DNA of 64,000 bases from Candidatus Eremiobacteria bacterium (GTDB lineage: Bacteria > Vulcanimicrobiota > Vulcanimicrobiia > Vulcanimicrobiales > Vulcanimicrobiaceae), in assembly GCA_963758295.1 (NCBI GenBank), contig CAVWUU010000003.1, forward strand, positions 224,001-288,000, written 5' to 3'. Under the pieces are notes generated by a model. It was not told where the DNA came from. It worked only from the letters and a program-made list of their open reading frames with translations, and did no database searches. Both the position numbers and the translations under genes were made by a program. Positions 56,855-64,000 of this stretch are shown piece by piece. The number at the start of each line of letters is the position of its first letter. The first letter of the stretch is position 1.

Positions 56855-57409
56855 TTAAACCGGGGTAATGCGCACCATGCAGGCGAGGGAGTTGGGTGAA
56901 GGCGAGATGTCGATGCGGTCTTCGTCGTCTTCAATGTAGACGGTGTCGGCGGTTTTGCATTGGAGGCCCCCGACATTCGCTTCGCCGCGTAAGATGAACA
57001 CAAAAGCCAGTTCATCGTCGTCGAGAATGAAACGCTGCGAATCTGAAACTATTTCGACGTCGTGACCGAGTTCGTCGCGGCGCGTCATCACGTTGAAGTC
57101 ACGTGCGCTCCCCTGAACGGTGCACGTCACGCGGGCTTCGCCGCGAAAGTCGTACGGCTCGCCCTGCACCAGCGAAACGAGTTTCCCGTTCACGTCCAAG
57201 TCGACCGGGTCGCCGTCGATTGCCACGATCGTGCGGTCGTAGCCGCTGTAATCGGAGAACGGGCCGCTGCGGTCGATGAGCGCGACGGAGATGCGCCAGC
57301 CGGGCGGCGTTTCTTCGTCGGCGGCAATCTCCCATGACGTCCCGCCGCCGTTTTTCCACGGCTTTTCCGGCACGTCGCTAAGGCTGATGATCTCCATCGG
57401 CACTGCCAT
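56855..57409 (-). CDS. HutD/Ves family protein
   Basis: PWKNGGG.S.EIA, WRISVA, GPFS...GYDR, DFNVM. Confidence 0.88.
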   Translation of the reverse strand: MAVPMEIISLSDVPEKPWKNGGGTSWEIAADEETPPGWRISVALIDRSGPFSDYSGYDRTIVAIDGDPVDLDVNGKLVSLVQGEPYDFRGEARVTCTVQGSARDFNVMTRRDELGHDVEIVSDSQRFILDDDELAFVFILRGEANVGGLQCKTADTVYIEDDEDRIDISPSPNSLACMVRITPV

Positions 57410-57513
57410 TACGCTTGAGAAGAACGCAACTTTTCTAGGCGAGGGCTCGCCAAGACGCTTCCTTGCCAAGCCGGAATGGAACCGCACACGCAGTATACTA
57501 AGCTCGAAGAGCC

Positions 57514-60260
57514 GTGGGAGGCATTTCGTTGCAAGCGACTATTCCAACCGGTACGGTAACATTTCTTTTTACGGACATCGAGGGGAGTACGCGGCTCTGG
57601 GAGCTGCATCCCGAGTCGATGCAGCTGGCGCTTTCGCAACATGACCGGCTGCTCCACGAAGCGATAAATAAAAACAACGGCTACGTTTTCAAAACGGTCG
57701 GCGATGCTTTTTGCGCCGCGTTTACGGAACCGAACGATGCGGTGAATGCAGCGCTCGGTGCACAGCTCGCATTGCACGATGCGCAATGGCCCGACACCGG
57801 GCCGCTCTTCGTGAGAATGTGCATTCACAGCGGTTCGTCGCACCTGCGCGACAACGACTACTTCGGCCCCACGTTAAATCGCACGGCGCGTCTGCTCGCT
57901 ATCGTCAAGGGCGGGCAAGTCGTTCTTTCGCAGGCGACACAGCAACTGGTTCAAGATCGGTTGCCGCATGGATCGCAACTCGAAGAACTGGGCGACTTCA
58001 CGCTCAAAGACTTGAAGCGCCCGGAGCGTGCGTATCGGTTAACCTTCGAAGGCATGGCGGCGTCGCCGGGCGTCACGGTCTCGGCCGCTTTGCCGTGGGC
58101 GATGCCGCACGAACTTTCGGCTTTCGTCGGCCGCAAATCTGAGCTCGATGCACTCGCTGAAAAACTGCGCACGCATCGCATGGTAACGATCTCCGGTCCG
58201 GGCGGCGTCGGGAAGACCCGCCTTGCCGTGCGCCTCGCATCGCAAGAACGGGAACGTTTCACCGGCGGAACGGCGTTTGCCGATTTGACGCCGGCCAAGA
58301 GCGAGAGCGAAGCCATCGCGATTTTATCGAAGGCATGCGGCGCACGTTCCGCAGTCCCGGACCTAAATGCGATCGCGCAGACGATTGGCCACGCACCCAT
58401 GCTGCTCGTGCTCGACAATTGCGAACACGTCCTGGACGTTGCGCGTCACACGGCCAGAACGCTTTTACAAGAAGCTCCCGACGTAACAATCTTGGCGACG
58501 AGCCGCGAACCCTTGCACCTTGCGGGCGAGCAAATCTTCGACCTGTGGCCGCTAGCGGTTCCAACTGAAAACGCCACGCTAGCACAGCTGTTACAAAATG
58601 ACTCGGTGCAATTACTGTTGAGTCATGCGTCGCTTGATTCCAGCTATGCACAGCATCGGGAAAATGCTCGCGCGATCGGCCAGCTCTGCCGGCATCTCGA
58701 CGGCATTCCGCTGGCCTTGGAACTCGCAGCAGCGCGCTTGCGGACGCTTTCGCCGCATCAGATCGTCGAACGGCTGAACCGGCGTTTTGCATTGCTTACG
58801 GTCGGTGATAAAACCGGGCCCTCGCATCATTGGACGCTGGCGCGCGCCATCGACTGGAGTTACGAGCAGTTGCAATCGCAGGAACGTGAACTCTATTCAC
58901 GCCTGACGGTCTTTGAATCGCCCTTTACGTTGGATGCGGTCGAAGCCGTCTGCTCCAGCGACTCCGTACCGCTTGAAGATGTGATGGACATCCTATCGCA
59001 GCTCACGGACAAGTCGTTCTTACGCTACGATAGGAAAAGTGAGCGTTATCAATTCCTCGAAACGCTGCGCGCGTATGCGCTTGAACGGTTGGAAGAATGC
59101 CAGCTTCCTACGTTGCGCGCACGGCATGCGGAGTTCTTCCGGGGCGTCGTTACTTGCGAACATCTCGACGCAACCGCAAACGCCGCGTGGCTTGAAGATA
59201 TCGACGAATCGCTCGCCGACGTGCATGCCGCGATGCAGCATGCGATTGTCCAGGATGCCGACGCAGCGCTGGAAATGGGCTTGGCATTACGGCTGTTCTG
59301 GATTATCCGCGGATACTACGATGCGGGGCATGCGATGTTGCGGGCGGCGGAAAGAGCGAAGCGCGATGAAGTTGCGGCGCTTCCCGGACGTGCGACGATG
59401 CTTGCATCGGCGGCTTTGCTTTCAAACTCCATGGGCCACCACGAAGATGCGATAGCGGAGGTCGAAGAAGCCCGCCAGTTGTTCGCGGCCTGCGATGACC
59501 GGCGTGGCTTAGCGCAGGCGACGAACACGCTCGGGACCATCTACGACGCGAAGGGAGAACAGCAGCAGGCCTACGCGCTTTTTCAGAAGGCCGCGGAGCT
59601 TTATGACGAGTGCGGTGAATTCCGGCGTAGCGCCATGCCACTGCTCAACCTAGGACTTCTCGCCGCGGATTTCGGCGATTTAAATGAAGCGGAGCGCCAT
59701 TTGCGCGCGGCGGCCCGCCGCGCCGGCGACGCAGGCGACATTCGCGTTGCCGCCTGGGCAGAAGGTGCGCTCGGCGAGGTCGCTGCTTCGCGTAGCAATT
59801 GCGACGACGCGAAACATCACTATATGCGATGGATCGAGCAAAGCCGTTCGCTCGGCGATAAGGCGAGCATCTGCACGGCTTTAACGCACATGGGCGAGCT
59901 GGCCGTAGAAATTTCGGAATGCGGCGTCGATCCCATCCCACTTTTTAGCGAGGCGCTGACGATAGCGACGGAACACACCCTTTTACTGCCGCTCTCCGGC
60001 GTATTCGAAGGTATCGCGCGGGTAGCTTTGCGATCGCGGGATGCCGAACGAGCGGCGATACTTCTTGCGGCGGCCGATTCTTTGCGAGCGAAGAGCCGCA
60101 ATCTCCCCCGCGCATCGGAACGGCGGCATCGCGAAGAAGTAGTAGCGGCCGGGCGCGCACTGAACGCTCCGGAGTTCGATGCGGCCTATGAAAAAACCGG
60201 TCCATACGCGCCGACACGGCGGTACAGACCGGCTTCGAAGCCCTCGCGGGAGCGGATTAG
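57514..60260 (+). CDS. Class III adenylate cyclase - STAND NTPase - TPR protein; true C-terminus probably at 60260 after a frameshift near 60195
   Basis: FTDIEGST, KTVGDAF, DYFGPTLNRTARL; GPGGVGKTRLA, LVLDNCEH, TSRE.L, LDGIPLALELAAAR, IDWSY; TPR tail. Confidence 0.88.
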
Positions 60261-61204
60261 ACCGGCGGCGCCTGGACGTTGTGCGCGAATGCTTCGAGTC
60301 GCGCGCGATCGATGGCTTTCACGCGGCCGCGGTCGAGTTCAACCGCATTCGCGTTTTTCAAGCGCAGCAGCGCGCGCGCAGCCATGTCGCGGACGGTGCC
60401 GGCCGCTGCGGCGATCTGCGCTTGCGAAAGGTTTTCGACGCCGGGAAGTCCACGCGTCATGCCGACCGACGTGCGGGCATAGCCGAGCAAGAACTTCGCA
60501 ACGCGCTGCAGCACGTGGGCGAACGCAAGGTCGGCAATAGTGTCGATCGAGCGGCGACGTGCTTGGGAGCTTGCAATGAGAAAACCCAGCGACAATTCCG
60601 CGTCGTTGCGCGCGGCATGCATGATGGCTTCGCTCGGAACCGTTACTACGACCGCGTCCGTGAGCGCTTCAGCCCGCGTCGTGGCGCCGCCGCTGTCGAA
60701 GGTTGCGCTTTCGTTGAGCGTATCGTGCGTGAGGCGTTCGCCGATCGTATGCGTCTTGCCGTCGGGTGAGAGCAGGGTGTAAATCACCTTGCCGCTCTTC
60801 ACGATGCCAAGGTACGGCCACATCTCGCCTTCGTCGAAGATCGTGTCTCCCGATTTGTAGCTGCGCTCGCTCATCTGTCCGGCTAGCTCTTTGATCGTGG
60901 AGGCTTTGGCAGCGGTGAACTGCGGAACGTGCTGCAAGAACGTTTCGCCGTCGGCGTTCTCGTCAATGCGTTCGAGGCGGACCGTCCAGCGATTGCCGCC
61001 GAGATTGCGCGCATCCCAGGAAAAACGTCCGGGACGCAGCTGCGTCATCTCGTTGCGAAGCGCTCGAGGATCGCTCTCCTCGTTGATTTCGACCGCTCCT
61101 CCGATCTGGAGCTTGTCGAAGTTGTCTAAGATGTTTTCCGTCTTGGTCGCAGGGCTTAGCGACCGGGCATCGAGCGTGATGGCGGCGGGGCGGTTTATTG
61201 GCAT
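60257..61204 (-). CDS. Crp/Fnr family transcriptional regulator with an N-terminal DUF2249-like domain
   Basis: N-terminal LDAR...DP..L...RPGRFSW....G...W.V; cNMP-binding fold (IFDEGE..GIVKSGKV); HTH LSQAQIAAAAGTVRDMAARAL. Confidence 0.85.
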   Translation of the reverse strand: MPINRPAAITLDARSLSPATKTENILDNFDKLQIGGAVEINEESDPRALRNEMTQLRPGRFSWDARNLGGNRWTVRLERIDENADGETFLQHVPQFTAAKASTIKELAGQMSERSYKSGDTIFDEGEMWPYLGIVKSGKVIYTLLSPDGKTHTIGERLTHDTLNESATFDSGGATTRAEALTDAVVVTVPSEAIMHAARNDAELSLGFLIASSQARRRSIDTIADLAFAHVLQRVAKFLLGYARTSVGMTRGLPGVENLSQAQIAAAAGTVRDMAARALLRLKNANAVELDRGRVKAIDRARLEAFAHNVQAPPV

Positions 61205-61281
61205 GACGCGCGTTAGTTACTTGCGTGCGGGTCTCGAGCCTGCCTGGGAACCCCTCCTCGCTTGGCGAATGTAGGCCGCCC

Positions 61282-62481
61282 ATGACTCAGCTCAATGACA
61301 ATGACGTCGTCGTTATCGCCGGCGCTCGTACTCCTTTCGGCAATTTCGGTGGTGCTCTCGCCGGCTTGACGGCGACGGATCTCGGCGTTGCCGCAGCCGA
61401 GGCGGCCATCGCCCGAAGCGGCATTCCCAGAGAAAAAATCGACGAAGTGGTCTTCGGCAACGTCATTCAGACGAGCGCCGATGCGATCTACCTCGCGCGC
61501 CACATTGGGCTGCGCGCGGGGCTCCCGGCCGCCGTTCCCGCCCTTACGCTGAACCGGCTTTGCGGTTCGGGCCTCCAGGCGATTCTGTCGGCGGCTCAAT
61601 CGCTGAGGCTGGGTGAAGCGACGTACGCGTTGGCCGGCGGCGCCGAGAATATGAGCCAGGCGCCTCACGTCGTCCGCGGCGCTCGCAACGGTTTCCCGCT
61701 CGGCGCAAACGTGCAGTTCGAAGATACGCTGTGGTCGGCTCTGACCGACTCGTACAACAACACGCCGATGGCAATCACCGCTGAAAATCTCGCCAAAAAG
61801 TACGGTGTCACCCGCGAGGAATGCGACGAATTCGCGCTTGCGAGTCAAGAGCGTGCGATCGAATCACAGAACAACGGCTATTTCGGTGACGAAATCGCGC
61901 CGGTGACGGTGCCCGGTCCCAAAGGCACGCAAACGATCGTCGAAAAGGACGAAGGCCCGCGCGTCGGTCTCTCGATGGAGAAGCTCGGCAAATTGCCGGC
62001 ACGCTTTGTCAAAGACGGAGTGGTTACGCCCGGGAACGCAAGCGGAATCACCGACGGCGCCGCAGCCGTCGTACTTACGACGGTAAAACAAGCAAAAGCC
62101 GACGGGCTAAAATGGATCGGCCGTTTGGTAAGTTCGAGCGTGGTCGGCGTCGACCCGGACATCATGGGCATCGGTCCGGCTGCGTCCATTCCCAAAGCGT
62201 TGCAGCGCGCGGGAATCGCGGAAAAAGATCTCACGGTAATGGAAATCAACGAGGCATTTGCCCCGCAGGTTCTTGCGTGTCTTCGCGATATGAACTCGAA
62301 CGGCGTGCGTTTGAATCCGCACGGCGGCGCGATTTCGCTCGGCCATCCGCTCGGCGCGTCCGGCGCTCGTCTGGCGCTCACGACGCTGAACGATCTCAAT
62401 AAGCGCGGCGGCGGCTACGGCGTTGCATCGGCATGCATCGGCGGCGGCCAGGGAATTGCTGCAGTCTTCATTGCAGAGTAA
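61282..62481 (+). CDS. Acetyl-CoA C-acyltransferase (thiolase)
   Basis: ARTPFG, NRLCGSGLQA, NASGITDGAAA, EINEAFA, GGAISLGHPLGASG, ACIGGGQG. Confidence 0.95.
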   Translation: MTQLNDNDVVVIAGARTPFGNFGGALAGLTATDLGVAAAEAAIARSGIPREKIDEVVFGNVIQTSADAIYLARHIGLRAGLPAAVPALTLNRLCGSGLQAILSAAQSLRLGEATYALAGGAENMSQAPHVVRGARNGFPLGANVQFEDTLWSALTDSYNNTPMAITAENLAKKYGVTREECDEFALASQERAIESQNNGYFGDEIAPVTVPGPKGTQTIVEKDEGPRVGLSMEKLGKLPARFVKDGVVTPGNASGITDGAAAVVLTTVKQAKADGLKWIGRLVSSSVVGVDPDIMGIGPAASIPKALQRAGIAEKDLTVMEINEAFAPQVLACLRDMNSNGVRLNPHGGAISLGHPLGASGARLALTTLNDLNKRGGGYGVASACIGGGQGIAAVFIAE

Positions 62482-63013
62482 TAACGAAGTCGTACGGCGT
62501 CGCCGCTTTGCGTGGGGGCGCCTTCTCGACATTCTGGCGGTTCTCGTGATCGCGTTCGTCGTATGGAAGATCTTCATTGCGCCGCGAACGCTGAAACACG
62601 ACACGTCCGCCTATCCGGCTCCGCGCATTGCTTACGAAAGACTCGACGGCGGAACGTTCACGATTCCCGATGCGCGGGGCCAAGTCTTATTCCTCGACTT
62701 CTTTGCGACGTGGTGCGAGCCGTGCCGTTTAGAAATGCCGCTTGTGGAAGCCTACGCCAAGAAGCATCCGGAGATTCGCGTCGAGGCGGTAGACGTTGGT
62801 GAACCGCGCGCCATCGCGGCTGCTTACGCGCGTCGGTACCACGTGGCGAACGTGGCGCTCGATCCTACGACGAGCGCGCAAGGTCTGTTCCAAATCGAAG
62901 GGTTTCCCACAGTCGTCGTGATCGACCCCGAAGGCCGCATTCGCGCAACGTGGTCGGGATTTAACCCGGCGGTTGAAATGGCGATGAGTAACGCGGAACG
63001 CGAACTCCGCTAG
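62471..63013 (+). CDS. TlpA/ResA-like thiol-disulfide oxidoreductase
   Basis: N-terminal TM helix; FFATWCEPCRLEMP; GFPT; start uncertain. Confidence 0.85.
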   Translation: MQSNNEVVRRRRFAWGRLLDILAVLVIAFVVWKIFIAPRTLKHDTSAYPAPRIAYERLDGGTFTIPDARGQVLFLDFFATWCEPCRLEMPLVEAYAKKHPEIRVEAVDVGEPRAIAAAYARRYHVANVALDPTTSAQGLFQIEGFPTVVVIDPEGRIRATWSGFNPAVEMAMSNAERELR

Positions 63014-64000
63014 CTCTTTCCCCAAAAGACGAAGATACCAATGGCGGCCAGTCCCATGACGGCGACGGTCGCCCAGCCCCAAACCCGCGCGAGTAGCGAA
63101 CTGCGCCAGCGTTGCATGATGCGCTTGCTGCTTGCGAACGCGACGACGACGCAAAGCAGTGGAACCGCGACCAGTCCATTGAGTACCGCCGACCAAAACA
63201 GCGCCGTGATGGCGTTCACGTGCAAGAAGTTCATGCTCATCGCAAGCATCATGCCGACGACAAGCGCTCCGTAGAAGCCCGGAGCCCGGCGCAAGGGCAT
63301 ATCCAAGCCCTCTTTCCATTTAAAACATTCTGCCACGACGTATGCGGACGAGCCGACGAGCGCGGGAATCGCAAGCAGGCCGGTTCCAACCATGCCAAGC
63401 GTGAACAGAAGATAGGCAAATCGTCCGGCCAACGGCTGAAGTGCCCTTGCCGCATCTTGCGCGGTTTGAATGTGTGCGTGACTCGTTGACGCAAGTGTCG
63501 CTGCGGTCGTAACGATGATGAAGAAGGCCACGACGTTGGAGAAGACCATGCCGATGTTCGCGTCGAGATGCGCGTCTTTGATTTCGTCTTGCGTTGCGCC
63601 GGCGCGCGCTTGGATCGTGCGGCGACCCTGCGCTTTCTCTTCCTCGACCATCAAGCACGCCTGCCAGAAGAACAAATACGGGGTGATGGTCGTCCCCAGT
63701 ACGGCCATCATGGTCGTAAGCCAGCTCGCGTTGAACTTTATTTGCGGAACGAATAAATGTACCGCCACTTGTCCCCACGGCGGATGCACGACGAACGCCG
63801 TAATGACGTAAGCAAAAAGCGAAATCGTGAGCCATTTAACGGCGGCAAAAATGGCCTTGTACGAGAAGAAAACTTGTAAGGCGCTCAACGCAATGCCGAA
63901 TAGCAGCACCCACAACCAGCCGGGCAAGCCGAAGACCATCTGGGCGGCAGCCGCCATGCCTTGCAAGTCTGCACCCGCATTAATGATATTGGCCACGACG
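63010..64000 (-). CDS. NRAMP-family divalent metal transporter (5' end outside the window)
   Basis: ANIINAGADL, LGTTITPYLFFWQA, AA.ALQPLAG, GTGLLAIP. Confidence 0.88.
   Translation of the reverse strand, partial: VVANIINAGADLQGMAAAAQMVFGLPGWLWVLLFGIALSALQVFFSYKAIFAAVKWLTISLFAYVITAFVVHPPWGQVAVHLFVPQIKFNASWLTTMMAVLGTTITPYLFFWQACLMVEEEKAQGRRTIQARAGATQDEIKDAHLDANIGMVFSNVVAFFIIVTTAATLASTSHAHIQTAQDAARALQPLAGRFAYLLFTLGMVGTGLLAIPALVGSSAYVVAECFKWKEGLDMPLRRAPGFYGALVVGMMLAMSMNFLHVNAITALFWSAVLNGLVAVPLLCVVVAFASSKRIMQRWRSSLLARVWGWATVAVMGLAAIGIFVFWGKS

Noticed and set aside
60260..60540. 1008-aa STAND ORF overlapping the Crp gene by about 280 nt
   Set aside because: The tail is an Arg/Ala-rich antisense reading caused by a probable indel in an A-run; the alternative frame stops at 60260.

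Overview
High-GC bacterial chromosome segment, mostly housekeeping and metabolic genes. There is no integrase, transposase, phage gene or CRISPR array. Gene style and a TonB protein suggest a diderm soil bacterium, possibly Vulcanimicrobiota/Eremiobacterota; this is an impression, not a tested assignment. From left to right: pepA (partial); purM, a GAF-like gene and a GNAT-PurN fusion; a hom-metY-metX methionine operon; tsaD; a complete actinobacterial-type cytochrome bcc-aa3 gene set split over two divergent promoter regions; a ~13 kb operon of oxidoreductases and sugar enzymes; an MFS transporter; thrS; two phosphatase genes (one with a large internal deletion); six tRNAs (Val-GAC, Val-CAC, Asp, Phe, Gly, Cys) interspersed with small accessory genes; panE-recG-M16 peptidase-HAD-rsmD-coaD (densely frameshifted, probably consensus errors); a cyclase-STAND-TPR gene convergent with a DUF2249-Crp regulator; thiolase; TlpA; and NRAMP (partial). 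The best novelty candidate is upstream of the met operon. In place of a SAM riboswitch there is a complete trp-style attenuator: a sigma70 promoter, a leaderless Met-rich 26-aa leader peptide (MLASFVATMRPMCWMQMHPAGNVVNR), mutually exclusive 1:2, 2:3 and 3:4 pairings, and an intrinsic terminator. Also notable are a ~0.65 kb single-gene islet inserted at tRNA-Asp with a decayed duplicate 3' half, a second uORF-plus-terminator leader at 36.3-36.55 kb, and recurring GGGTA promoter motifs in front of the respiratory genes.
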